From Vicugna vicugna (taxonomy: Eukaryota), in NCBI GenBank assembly GCA_013265495.1, contig MU058584.1, positions 3,850,508-3,914,507 of the forward strand: a DNA stretch of 64,000 nt, in the 5' to 3' direction. Below, piece by piece: positions 1-12,216 of the stretch (positions are counted from its first letter, which is position 1; the number at the start of each line of letters is the position of its first letter). The notes under the pieces are model-generated. The model had not been told where the DNA came from and did not search any database. It saw only the letters and a list, made by a program, of their open reading frames with translations. A program made the position numbers and the translations under genes.

Positions 1-24
1 TTATTTAACTTAAAAAAAAAAGAA

Positions 25-108
25 AGAACTGCCCCACTTTTAAAACAGAAGGTCCTATATCCCAGGAACCTCTCAGTCCCAGGCAAACTGGGATGGCTGG
101 TCACCCTA
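25..108. mobile_element. hAT-Blackjack MITE fragment (MER81-like)
   Basis: CCCAGGAACCTCTCAGTCCCAGGCAAACTGGGATGGCTGGTCACCCTA, ending in the TGGTCACCCTA terminus. Confidence 0.65.
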
Positions 109-231
109 CTTCAAGAGTGTTAGTGCTACGGGGAACATAACCTGGAAAACGGCCTAGGTAAGGAAACTGGGGCAGCGGAAGGGGGCCCCACCTTAGACTC
201 GGTGGTCAGAACAAAATGGGGAAGTGAGTTT

Positions 232-330
232 TGTGATTCTCTATTTTACAAACACGGATGTGAGTCTCAAGGAATTTAACTGAGATCTCCAAGGTCACAT
301 AGCTAGTAAGTGGTTTCGTGATTTCTAGTC
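232..330 (-). mobile_element. MIR SINE fragment
   Basis: CTATTTTACA...CCAAGGTCACATAGCTAGTAAGTGG MIR core. Confidence 0.7.
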
Positions 331-1984
331 TACCACTCCAGTGGTCCAGATGTCACCCTCTGTGAGTTCAGGGGTGGTGACAAAGGGTATAAAGAAGACA
401 GAGGCCCTCTGTCCTCTCTCCTCCTGAGTGGTTCCCTCCTTATCTGTTGCCCATCTTAGATGTGTTAGCTCTCCATCTTTCCCTCTCCACCTCCCACCCA
501 CCTTCTGCTTCCCCATGCTGGGGCTCTGTCATCTTGAACCTTGCCCTGACAGATGCCATCCTTCAGTCCTTCCCTTCCCCTTCCCTCCCTCCCTCGTCCA
601 TCTCACCTCTCTGTCATACCACCTTTCATCCTTATGGAACCTTGAAGTCTGGAGCTGAGTTGAAGCCCCGTGGTTACTCAGTTGTGGTCATTCTTCCATT
701 CTTCAGCAGTCACTCACTAAGCCCCTATTTTGACACCAGGATAGTGGTTTGGCAACTGGTCACTGGTGGTGCCATGACCCTCCTCAAAGATGCCTTCCTG
801 GACCACTCTATCCAAAGAGCCCCCATCCCAGCTCCGCCAAGTCTCTGCACATAATTCTTTCTTTCTTCAGAGCTCTAACCACTATATAAAACTAATTTTT
901 GCCACCCCAGAACTCTGTCTACGCCATCCCTTCTGGAATGCCTCCCCGCTACCATATCTGCTGTTATAATCCAACATGCGCTTTAAAAGCCGGCTCATAT
1001 ATTATCTGTTCTTCATGAAGCCTTTCCTGACTACTTCAGCCAGAAGGGCTCTCTTCCTCCTTTGAACTCACACAGCACTCTGGGTCTCTTTTAGGACACT
1101 AACTACCTTCTGGCTTATGCCTGAGTTATTTTTGGTGTGTGTCTCATACCTCCTAATAAACTGTGAGCTCATTCATTTATTCAGCCAGTTGTTAATGATA
1201 CTATGTGCCAGGCATTGTTCGACGTCACCAGGAGGAAACGCCATTTTAACCATGTAATTATGTGTCTTAGCAACTTTGGTCAAGTATAGAGTCCGACACA
1301 GAGTAGATATCAGTAGATGTTTGTGCACAGTTGACAAATGGATGGATGGATGGATGGAGGAATGGGATCACTATAAAATGTGTGGGGTGAGGAAGTGAAC
1401 TATTGGGCTACTGGGCTATGATGCTGAGCATTACTGTAGTGGATTAGGGTGGGCTATGAGGGCATCTGAAGTTTATGAAGCTCATGGAATGCTTATATCA
1501 CTCACGGTTGCCAACTGACCATCACTGTGGGGTGTGAGTGTGGGACAGTGGTTGTGGAAAGGGGAACACAACTGTCCACTTCACTGTCCTGAGTCTTCTC
1601 TGTTCAAAGCAATGGAGCCCTGGTCACAAGCAACGACTACCCTTTCGTCGCACTGTGGTTCTCTCCCATCTTCTCTCAGAGGACCCTCCTCATTCCATAT
1701 ATCTGGTATTTTTTTCCCAGCCCCCTCTAAGCTGACATGGGGCTGAAGCACAGTTTATTTTATTCTTCTGGGTCCTTGGCTTTTCATTATCTTCTGGAAG
1801 CACTTTGAATAGGCAGTCCCAGGCAGGAGGGTATGAAGAGAGAGCCCAAAGCAAAACTTTTCTTTAGGTCTCTCTGTCTACAAAGCATGAACTTCTCCCA
1901 CCTCTGCTGCTCAGTGTCAGCGCCCAGAGAATCAGCCAGAAGGGAAAGAGTTAACTGGGGCCTGCTTCTGGGACCCAGACCTGA

Positions 1985-2075
1985 GGCTGCATTCCTTCCT
2001 CCCAGAGATCTGCCAGGCTGAGGGGCCTGAGGCTAAATTTAGAAGGTAGCTAAGGTTTCCTGTTCACAGCTGTCC
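1985..2075 (+). promoter_or_regulatory. Candidate muscle-specific promoter of STYXL2 (MCAT + MEF2 + E-box)
   Basis: CATTCCT at 1990-1996, CTAAATTTAG at 2033-2042 and CAGCTG at 2067-2072, all within about 85 bp. Confidence 0.65.
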
Positions 2076-2211
2076 TGCCCCTCAAAAGAAGGAGCACCGA
2101 AGAGAGGAGGGAGGTTGGTCCCTCTCGCCTGTCGGAGTTTCTGGTCATTTCATCTGGGTCCCTCACCCTTGGGTGACCGCCCCTTGGTGTGGAGATACAG
2201 GCAGATCAGCG
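2075..2211 (+). other. STYXL2: Probable 5' non-coding exon 1 of STYXL2 (5' boundary approximate)
   Basis: Strong donor GCG|GTGAGT at 2211/2212, just downstream of a muscle-type motif cluster and upstream of the acceptor at 2774. The TSS cannot be fixed from sequence alone. Confidence 0.6.
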
Positions 2212-2781
2212 GTGAGTGGCTTCTCCGTTCATTTTGTCCTCTGAGCCCAGGACTTACAAGCAATGGGGCTGCAGCTCTGGCCTGGGAGTCAGGGCCCAGC
2301 CTTGTCTGGGACCAGCTCCTGGGGGATTGCATGTTCCTTAATAGCCTGTGGGAGGGCGCCTGGGCCAAAGGCAATGACTCCTGCGGCCTTGGTCAGAGAC
2401 ACTGAAGAAGGCCCCTCCCCTGGCAGACACAAAAGGTGTGTGTGTATGAGAGAGAGAGAGAGCCCCCGGGAGGTTTAAAGAAAGATCATTCTGGTCCCCC
2501 TCGCTGCTTTCTTGCTGGCGTCTGTGGAAGGAGCCAAGTTGTCACTTCTGAAATATTGTGACTTCAAGGTGGGCCGTGCATCTTGGTGTCCCGATGACAG
2601 CCGGGCCAAGTCTGCCTGGTGTTCCCCACAGGTCCTTTCTCTGTCGGGCTGCTCACGTGTAGTGACTTTCCCATTCCTAGTTCCACCCAAGTGACATCAC
2701 GGACACACCTCCTTCCCCCTACAAAACCTCCAGAACCAGAGTCCCTGACCGGCTTTTTCGCACCAAACTTACAGAGGCTGA

Positions 2782-2901
<120 letters not shown>

Positions 2902-3489
2902 TAAGTGTGCCCTCGATGAGCCCCGCGCCCCTCCAGCCTGGGCCGGGGGGTGGGGGTGGGCTGGAGAGCCTGGTGACATGTCTGGTTGGAGAGGGTGTCT
3001 CCCTGGAAGGCTGTAAAGCTGTTGCAGACGGTTTCTTGCTTTTTTCTGAAACTTGGGGATCCAATGGCTGTTTTAAAACTTACAACACCTGAGGCTGTCT
3101 AAGGCTCATGGTTTCTTGGAAAATACGATCCCTTCAAAAACTTACTTGGTTTCGGATCCACAGAGACCTAACCACCCCATGCGTCAGAAGTCACACTATA
3201 TCTTTCTTAGATATAATTTTCGGTCCTAATTTATTTCTTTGCTTCCTTGTCTACATGCTTCATTCTCTCAACTTAGTGACGGTTATCTTAAGAAGTTATG
3301 TGAAACTTTAAATTTGAATGAAAAGTCCAGGATGCATTTTGTAATTTCTAGTGTAATTGTTAAAAGTTATTTAGAATGTATAACTAGCAAGCTAATGAGG
3401 GGAGGATGCAATAATAAAATATAATCAATCCAAAATAAGAGGAAAAAGAAGACACAAAAAGCATAATAAATAATAAGAAAATACTAGGA

Positions 3490-5290
3490 TGGAAAATTTA
3501 AACTCAAGTACATTATTACTATAACATAGACTAAATCCTCCAATTAAAAGACAAAAATTGTCAGACTCAATTTTTTTTTTACAAGCCTGCATACTTTTTA
3601 CAAGAGACACATCTTAAAAAATTAAGATGTACAAAGGTTAACAAAGGATAGAAAACTTATACTACACTGTTCTGGTTACTATTGCTCACAACTTCAAAAT
3701 TTAGTGGCATAAAACAACCTTTTTATTATATTTACAATCAGGAGATGGTGTTCACTGCGCCTGGAAGGAGCAGTGGTGTGGCTTGTTTTTGCTTCAAGAT
3801 GTCTGGGGCCTCAGCTGGAAAGACTTGGAGGTTGGGGATGACTTTAAGGCGGGGAGTGACTCAACAGCGGGGGGCTGGTGTCAGAGAGGCATCTTCACAT
3901 GTTTTAACACTTCACATTGGGACCTCAGCTGGGCTGTTGGCCCAAACACCTAACGCGATCTTTTCTTATGATCCCTCCATGTGGGCCAGTGTGGGGTTTC
4001 TCATCCTGGTAGCTGACTTCCAAGAGAACAGGACAGAAGGATATTAATTTTCTAGATCTAGCCTCAGAAGTCACATAAAGGGCCACAAAGTTTCAGGAGA
4101 CAACAACATAAGCTCCACCACTCCACTGATGGAGTATCAAGGTCACACTATAAAGAGAGCAAGTGGGATGGGAAACATTGTGGCCATCTTTGGAGAGGAC
4201 AAACTGCCACAATTGCAAGCACTAACTAAAAGCAAGCCAGGGATGTGATTTACTGATATCAGACGAAGAAAACTTTAAGATAGCATTACTGCGGGCAAAG
4301 AGGGATGTTGCAAAATGATCAAAGGTTGGATTCACCATATGGTAGATATATTCATTTTAAATTTCTATAATCTAATAATAGCTTCAAAATATATAAAGCA
4401 AAAAAATTGACAGAACTATAGAAAATATTAAAATCTGCAATCTTAGTCAAATGCACTTTTTTAAAAATACAATCTCAGCAACTGATAAAATGAGGCAAAA
4501 AAAAATCAGAGTATAAGACATTTAAAGAAAACAATAAATAAAATTAACCTAATCAGAATTTATAGAACATGTACCCGACAAAAGCGGGATATACATTCTC
4601 ATCATGCGCACGTGGAATTTTTACCAGAAAGGTTATATACTGGGCCATTTGTGTATCAACAAACTTTTAATGCTTGAAATTATACAAAACATGGTCTCTG
4701 CCCATTGCAGAATTAAGCTAGAAATCACTAAAACCAAAAATATACAATCAAAGTTCCAAGAGTTAGCATCCAAGGGAGCAGGACAGAAATGCACTGATTT
4801 GATTTACACGATCTAGCCTCAAAAAAAAGTCGCATGAATGACCACAAAGGTTCAAAAGGAGGCAAGTGGAGTATCAAGGTCACACTGTAAAGAGAGCAAG
4901 TGGAATAGGATATATTGAAATAGATGGATAATAGAAATTCAGATTGAAACCACAGTTCATTACTACTACATACTTCCCAAACTATCTAAAATTACAGACT
5001 GACAATAGCAAATATTAATGAGGATGTGAGACAATCAGGGCTCTCCTGTTCATTGCTGGTAAGGGTGTGAATTAGTACAACCATTTGGGAAACTATTTCA
5101 TAGTATCTACTAAAGCTAAAGGTACGCTTGTTCTTTGACCCATTAGGCTCACTCCTGATACAAACGTAACAGAGATAAGTACACGTGTGCCCCAGAAGAG
5201 GACTGATACTAGAATGTGTTAACAGTCATTAAGAATATAGAATGTTTAAACAATGTGATGAACTGTTCAGTTAACAGTAGGTTGGACAAA
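3490..5290 (+). mobile_element. Degraded L1 ORF2 fragments, interrupted by MLT1 pieces
   Basis: Endonuclease-region relics (CTAAATCCTCCAATTAAAAGACAAAAATTGTCAGACT; GAATTAAGCTAGAAATC) and 3' ORF2 relics (TTCATTGCTGGT...AATTAGTACAACCATTTGG). Confidence 0.65.
3668..4211 (-). mobile_element. MaLR LTR (MLT1F/G-like)
   Basis: Reverse complement begins TGTGGCAGTTTG...CCAAAGATGGCCACAA, typical of an MLT1 5' end; the other end has AATTTAGTGGCATAAAACAAC. Confidence 0.75.
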
Positions 5291-6067
5291 TAATGGCTGG
5301 TATATATATTTAAACACTGCCCTAGGGAACAGGCGTTTTCTTAAATGGATTAAGCGTCTCAGATTATTGGTTGGGGAAGGCAATCCGTGAGTGCTGGCTG
5401 GGAAGGTGGAAGGTGGGTCCTTGCAAGGGGAGGTAGGAGGCAGGGAAGATCAGTTCTGCTGGTTTCAGAGTTGCCCATAAGGTGAACCTGCCACTAGACA
5501 AAAGCATTTATTAACAGAGAGATTTCAACAGCATTCAGTCCTTAGCCCTTCCAGCTGCCAGCTCCCCTCCTAGCCAAAAAAGGGCTCAGCCTGAAAGCCC
5601 CATTTACTTGTGGAAAACCCTGGTCCCACATATAGAGCAAATTTTCTGTGGCTTCTCAGGAACTCCTCCTGAATCCTATTGAGTTTGATGCCCTTCTTGG
5701 TTTGTGTACAGTATACTCCTTAGCGATTGATTTTTAGAAGTTGATCCCAAATCGGCTAGCCCGTTTCAGACATTTTCAAGGAAGACAAACACACAGTGAC
5801 ACCTCATGGGCTATCCCTTCTTGCAATAATCATCATATCTAAGGTATAAATTAGTACAGCTGCATTGGCTTTTGAGACATCATCCAACCCACCTCTCCCT
5901 AAAACACGCATTACACAAAACCAGGCTTAAACCAGCCCAAATGAATGCAGCTACAGTATCTTTGATAATGAAAAGATAACTCACAGACTGGGAGAAAAAA
6001 ATTTCCAAATCACATATCTGGTAAGGAACTCATATGGAAAACATATTAAAAAAAAAAAAAACTCTTG

Positions 6068-6251
6068 GTGGGGAGGATATAACTCAAGTGGTAGAGTGCA
6101 TGCTTAGCATGTATGAGTCCTGGGTTCAATTCCCAGTACCTCCTCTAAAAATAAATAAGTAAATAAACCTAATTACCTCCCTCCAACCAAAAAATAATAA
6201 TAATAAATAAATGAATAAAATAAAAGCCAATCATGCTAATAGGAAACTTTT
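6068..6251 (+). mobile_element. Vic-1-type tRNA-derived camelid SINE
   Basis: Head GGGGAGGATATAACTCAAGTGGTAGAGTGCATGCTTAGCATG...GGGTTCAATTCCCAGTACCTCC with A/B boxes; AATAAACCTAATTACCTCCC tail; TSD AAAAACTCT on both sides. Confidence 0.88.
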
Positions 6252-6307
6252 AAAAACTCTCAAAACTCAATTAAAAAGAAACTCACAACTCAATTTAAAA
6301 ATGGATG

Positions 6308-6465
6308 AGGGGCAGAGAGTATAGCTCAAATGGTAGAGCACATGCTTAGCATGCAGGAGGTCCTGAGTTCAATCCCCAGTACCTCCTCTAAAAACAAATG
6401 AATAAACCTAACTACCTACTCCCCCACAAAAAAACTTAAAAAAATAAAATACGATACTTTAAAAA
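6308..6465 (+). mobile_element. Vic-1-type SINE
   Basis: TATAGCTCAAATGGTAGAGCACATGCTTAGCATG...GAGTTCAATCCCCAGTACCTCC; A-rich tail; TSD AAAAATGGA. Confidence 0.88.
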
Positions 6466-7916
6466 AAATGGACCAAAGATCTGAACAGATAATTCACCAA
6501 AGAAGATACATGGAAAGCAAATAAGCACATGAAAAGATGCTCAAAATCCTTAATCATTAGGGAAGTGAACATTAAAATCACCGTGACGTACCATTACACA
6601 CCTATTAGAAAATTTAAGAGGTTGACCTTACCAAGTTGGTGAGAATATGGAGGACCTGGAACAATCCCACTGCCGGTGGGTATGTAAAATGGTACCAACA
6701 TTTTATAAACTGTTAGTCAGTTTCTTAAAAAGCTAAACATACACCTATATGTATATGATCCAATCATTCTACTCCTAGGTGTTTACCCAAGAGAAATTAA
6801 AGTCTATGTTCATACAAAGACTTGTACATGAATGTTCACTGCAGCTTTATTTGTAATAGCCTAGAAACAAGCCACATGTCCGTCAACAAGTGGATGGATA
6901 AATACACTGTGGTATATTTATATGCTGGAATACTATTCAGCAGTAAAAAAGGAATGAATCATTGATTCATACAACATAGATGAATGCCAAAATAATTCTG
7001 TTCAATGAAAGCAATCAAAAAAGAGTGCATAGCATATGATTTCATTTATAGGACATTTTAGAAAATGCACATGAATCTCTGTAGTGACAGAAAGCAGATC
7101 AGGGTTTGTCTGAGGAGTGTGGAGTAGGGAGTGGGTAGAGGGAGGATTTACAAAGGGACATGAAACTTTGGGGGGATGGTGAATATCACAATGTTGCTCA
7201 TGGTGATGATTTCACGGGCGTATACACGTATCAGACCTTACCGATCTGTACATTTTAAACATGTGCTGTTTGTGTAACAATTATACCTCAGATAAAGCTG
7301 TGTGCTATTTTAAAGCAATGAAAAGAGAAATAAAACTCTCTTCTAGGGGGCCATATGGTGATGTGGGAAGAACTTAAGTGGTATAATTGAGGCCAAAATT
7401 GAGGTCAGCCCTGTTCTCCCACTTATTAACTATTATTAGAACTTATGTAAATTACTTAGTCGTAAGATCGGAATACCAGTTTTACCCAGTGGTAGAGATT
7501 AAACAATGTAATGTAACATATTGTTTGTAATATATATTACATACATCACACCCATTATTATAATATAATATATAGATAGATACATTAGGTATTTGATAAA
7601 TGGTGGTTCTCTTCCCTTTTCCTTCCAGAGGAAGATATCTGACAATCAATTCTTCCCAGTAACTCACGATATCAAGAAATCCTTAATTCACCAGAATCCC
7701 ACACTCCAGTGAAAACATGATGTTTCTCTAATTCTGCCACAAGCAAAGACTCTATTCTAAGTAACCAGCCATCCCCCAGGGCTGGACAGCCCTCCCTATG
7801 TTTAATAAGTGCCTGAAATTCCATCCTTCTTGTTATATTCCTTGAGCTAAAGGCCTGGGCTTTTTTAAATTAAATTATGCTCTGAGTCAGCAAATATCCC
7901 ATCAGCAGACTCTCAG

Positions 7917-8346
7917 TGATAGTTTCCTAGGACTACTGTAAAAAATTACCACAAAGTGAGTGGCTTAAAAATAGTATGGATATATTCTATCACAATTTTG
8001 AAGGCCAGAAGTCTGAGATCCAGATGTCGGCAGGGACATCCTCCCTGAGAAGCTCCAGGAAAGACTCCTTCCTTGCCTCTTCCTAGCTTCGTTGGCTGCA
8101 GGAGTTTCTTGACTTGTGACAGCTTAACCCCAACCTCGCCCTCTGTGTTCCTATGGCCATCTCTTCTGTCTCCTCTCTGTGTCCTTTTTTAGTGACACCT
8201 CTGGGTTCATGGCCTACCCAAATCCATGATGACCCCATCTCAAGATCCTTAACTTCATTATCTGTGCAAAGATCCTTTTTCCGAATAAGATTGCATTCAC
8301 AGGTTCTGAGAGACGTATCTTTGGCTGATCCCATTCAACCCACAAC
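7917..8346 (-). mobile_element. MaLR LTR (MLT1C/D-like)
   Basis: AATTACCACAAAGTGAGTGGCTTAAA...GGCCAGAAGTCTGAGATC...CCCCATCTCAAGATCCTTAACTT...CCATTCAACCCACAAC. Confidence 0.85.
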
Positions 8347-8767
8347 TTTCCATCCAGCTCTTTTGGTGACACATCTGGACTCTTTTCTGTGGAGTCAGGA
8401 TAGGGCCTTGCAGAAGTCCACTGGTGTTGCAAACAGCCACTGCCAGTCCATCAGAGTTAGTTTGGGGGTGAAGTATGCTTGCTGTTCTGGCAGGAAGTCT
8501 CAACATTTCCAGCCTCACCTGTAAATCTCATCCTAGAGTGAATTAAGAACCTGACCAAGGGGTGTAGACAGTGGCTAGAGGTGTCAAGCCTTCATTTTTG
8601 CCTGACTTAGACATTGACTTCCAATACCTTAAATTCAAACCGAGCCACCATGAGTCACTCTCCCTGGAGGAAAACCTGCAGCTAGAGATGCATCCATCTC
8701 CCAGCTAGGCAGACTCCCCGAGGTAATTCATGAATTAACACTGAAATATGAAATGTGATATGTATGT

Positions 8768-8818
8768 TATGTATGTATGTATGTATGTATGTATGTATGT
8801 ATGTATATATACACACAC
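8768..8818. repeat. (TATG)n then (TA)/(CA) compound microsatellite
   Basis: Directly visible. Confidence 0.95.
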
Positions 8819-8824
8819 AGACAT

Positions 8825-9070
8825 ACGTACACAGTGGAATACTGCTCAGCCATAAAAAAGAATGAAATAATGCCATTTGCAGCAACATAGTTGGACCTGG
8901 ATATTGTCATACTAAGTAAGTCAGACAGAGTCATATCACTTATATGTGAAATCTAAAAAAATGATATATATGAACTTATTTACAAAATAGAAATAGACTC
9001 ACATACATAGAAAACAAACTTATGGCTACCAAAGGGGAAGAGTTGGGGAAGATGAGTTTGGAATTTTGAA
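8825..9070 (+). mobile_element. LINE-1 3' fragment
   Basis: GGAATACTGCTCAGCCATAAAAAAGAATGAAATAATGCCATTTGCAGCAACAT...AAACAAACTTATGGCTACCAAAGGGGA. Confidence 0.85.
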
Positions 9071-9414
9071 AAAAAAAAAAAACTCTAAAATATAAACCAC
9101 CCCCATCCAATGGGGCAGCTTGGTGGCACCCTTGCTGGTATCCATAATCTTCATCAGACCCCCCAGTCACCGAGATGAACACAGTCTAAGAAATCAGTGT
9201 GCTTGGGGTGCAAACCAACCTCAAGACAGGAGACCATGACCTGCCAAGCCCTCCCATGCAGGTGGTCTAGGAGCCTGCCCCTGCCTCTTCCTCCTTAGCT
9301 ATGACCAATTTTCTCTTCCTTTCCAAATACAGGGTCAGACTTTATCCTTCACTTGTTCTGACTTGAAGAATGTTCTTCTGCTTTTCTTTCTTTCCAAGTC
9401 AAAATCCATTTCTT

Positions 9415-9576
9415 GTGGGAGAGTATAGCTCAGTGGTAGAGTGCATGCCTAGCAAGCATAAGGTCCTGGGTTCAATCCCCAGTACCTCCATTAAATAAAT
9501 AAATGAACAAATAAACCTAATTACCTCCCCTCATTAAACACACACACACATACACACACACACACACAATTTTTTT
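9415..9576 (+). mobile_element. Vic-1-type SINE with (CA)n in its tail
   Basis: TATAGCTCAGTGGTAGAGTGCATG...GGGTTCAATCCCCAGTACC; TSD AAATCCATTTCT / AAATTCATTTCT. Confidence 0.88.
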
Positions 9577-10133
9577 AAATTCATTTCTCGCTTTGGTTTC
9601 AGATCTGAATTGTTCAAGCCGTTGCGATGTTTTAGAATTCTGTGCTGATCTAGTCAGGCCGTCTCTCTTGGTGGCATATTCCCCTCCACTTTCCGCAAAG
9701 ATCCTTGACTGTGCTCTGCTTGCTTTTCCTATCGTGAGGTCAGTGTGTGCCTGGTGGTGGCGGCGGGGCAGGAGACGGGGGCATGGATGTCAGGTCTGTG
9801 TGTCCCCATCACGCGTCCTTGGGAAATGGCTCCTCCCACTTACCCTTACAGTTTTATATTTCTTTTTCTGTGAAAAATTTTCTGCCTTGGCTCTTTCATG
9901 AAGCCTGCTGGAAGCAATTTGCTAAAAATCAATTTGCTTTCCTGACTTCTTTCCTTCCTTGGAGCCTGAGCTTTGCCTGTGTGGTCACCTTCACTGAAGC
10001 TCAGAAACCTGTTCCTTTTTTGCAAAAGCCAGATCAAGAAAGACACCCCCTTCCTGGGCCTCTGCCTCCATTTTCATTCCAAGGAACTCATTGAAAGGAG
10101 GTGATCAGCTGTCCGGAGGTCCGAGTTGGAGGA

Positions 10134-10207
10134 CCTCCTCCTCCTCCTCCTTTTCTCCCTCCTCCCCCTCTTCTCCCTCCTCCCCCTCCTCCCCCTCCTC
10201 CTCCTCC
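10134..10207. repeat. (CCT)n-like polypyrimidine tract
   Basis: About 74 nt of C/T only, with a TCCCCCTCC period. Confidence 0.9.
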
Positions 10208-10242
10208 ATTCCGGATCTTGCCAACCTGGTAACTGGTTTTAA

Positions 10243-10542
10243 AAAGTGGCTTTCAAACTTTGCCAACTGTAATCCACTGTAGGACATGCCATTTACTCAG
10301 GGTATACATACATATATATGTAAATTTCAAAAAGGTTTCACAAAATTATACTTATCTTTACAATGGTTGGTACTATTCTCTATTGTATTCCTCTCTTCCT
10401 TCCTTCCTTCCTTCTTTCCTTCCTTTCTTCCCCCCTCTCTCTCTCCCTCCCTCTCTTTCTTTCTTTCTTTCCAATACTATGTACAACCCGTTGATTTTAC
10501 AATACACTAATGGGTGACAGTCTGCAATTTTGAAAAACACAG
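10243..10542. mobile_element. hAT-Charlie MITE relic
   Basis: Ends AGTGGCTTTCAAACTT and TTTGAAAAACACAG form decayed inverted termini; internal CACTAATGGGT. Confidence 0.5.
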
Positions 10543-12216
10543 GTTTAAAGAAAGCTGCTCCCCATCTCTGCTCTTGGTTAGGAAGTCCATCAAATTCTGC
10601 TTTATTGTTTCTCTTTCAATTCACCCTCAAGGCTTTCTAGCTGCTGCTTCCTGAGCCTATGATGAGGTGTGTATCGATCCTAGAGCCCCTCTTTCCCTGC
10701 CGGTCTTTCTGAATAGCCAGCCCTTGCTGCTTTCCAATCACGGTGTGAGAGTCGTCGCACTCCATCTCAGACATGCGGGTGGAGGCACAGACACGGTCAT
10801 AAATCAAAACCTCTAGGGCTGCTATCTCACTGACCTTGCAAATATAAACAGGGCCACTTGTCCAGATCTCAGCCTCCTTCCTCTTTTCTTTCTCTGCAAT
10901 CCTGCTTCTCCATGGAAAACAAGGGAGCTGCTTTTCAACGCTGGAACATTGCTCTCCACGCAAGTCCTTTCAGGTCCTACACCTTCTTTATTAGACTCAG
11001 TAAACCGCGTCTTTGGCAGAATAGTCTTAGGACTGTTAGGTTTACATTTCCTTCTCTCATAACAGGTTAACTCATAAAAGCGCTAGTAATTTACATCCTA
11101 CCTTCAACCCTGGAGAATGTTGAGCTGAGTTTACTGTTGCTCACAATTGTGTATCAGCAGCCAAAACAGACACATTGTGGTGCTGGGGAGGGAATCTGAT
11201 CTTAACCCCCCTTTTTTCTCAATCATAAAACATCCAGCTTCCCAAAAGTGCCCTGGGTAGTCTTCAAATGTGATTTCTCAGATTCACCGACTCCTGAGCT
11301 GAATGTAGTTCAGTCTTTACCACCAACAAGAAGGGAGGATGTTTCTCTGCCATTTCTATTTTCAGATTTTAATTTCAAATTTTCCCCAGTGAAACCTACA
11401 GCCTCAGAGTTTAGGTATATTCAGGACAGGTGGTCAGTTCCTGGCATTTGTCACATGAAACCAAATCTACACAATCTGAAGTCAACGTTGTTTAGGGAAA
11501 ATGGCAGGATCAAGGGCTCTCAGACAGGCGGTACCAGGAGGGGTTCCCGGGGACGCCACCTGCTGAGTTCCTGGCCCAGGCCTTTCTGCACACCTGACAG
11601 CTGAGGACTCCTCCTGTGTCTCTTCTCAGTTTGTGGCCGTAGCCTCCCCAGAAGGCAGAGCCCTGAAGGCCCGCAGAGGAACAGAGAAAACTGACCTCTG
11701 GGAGGACTGAGGGCCATGACAGGAGGAAGCCCTTACCAGTCCCGTAGTAACACAAGCGTTCTCAGCTAATTATCCTGTCCGGGGTTTGTTTTGATTTTTC
11801 ATCCTAAACCTCATTTTACATAATCCTGACCCTTAATAAACAAAATAATTATTTTATGAATAATAGCATTTATCAATAAATTTAAATTATCAATCAATTA
11901 ATTATCAATAAATAAAACTCCTTTAATAAATGTTGTTGAAATGGAAGTGTAACTGACATTCATGTAAAATTTAAGGCTCTGACTCTAGTTTTATGAAATG
12001 TTGATATTTTAAAACCGAGACTGCCTTGGTTCCTGGGCCCAAAACATCCTCAGGGCCTGGCATGGTGTCAGGGCTTACTGTCACACTGGGATGACTTTGT
12101 TGTTACCTCCCGACTGCAACACACTGAGGTGGGTCACTGATATTTACTAGCTCTGTGTTACTGTCGGGAGAAGAGGGCCTTAGCGCTCAGAATTCACTTC
12201 TTAGCCCTGGGAACAG

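Larger units (their letters stand above)
5967..7300 (+). mobile_element. Old L1M-type 3' fragment, interrupted by two SINEs
   Basis: L1 ORF2 3'/UTR hallmarks: CACATGAAAAGATGCTCAA, ACCATTACACACCTATTAGAA, TTTACCCAAGAGAAAT, GGAATACTATTCAGCAG, ending TATACCTCAGATAAAG. Confidence 0.85.

Noticed and set aside
1..1950. Possible first exon of GPA33 on the minus strand, expected from recalled human synteny
   Set aside because: No GPA33-like signal-peptide exon found; it probably lies upstream of the window.
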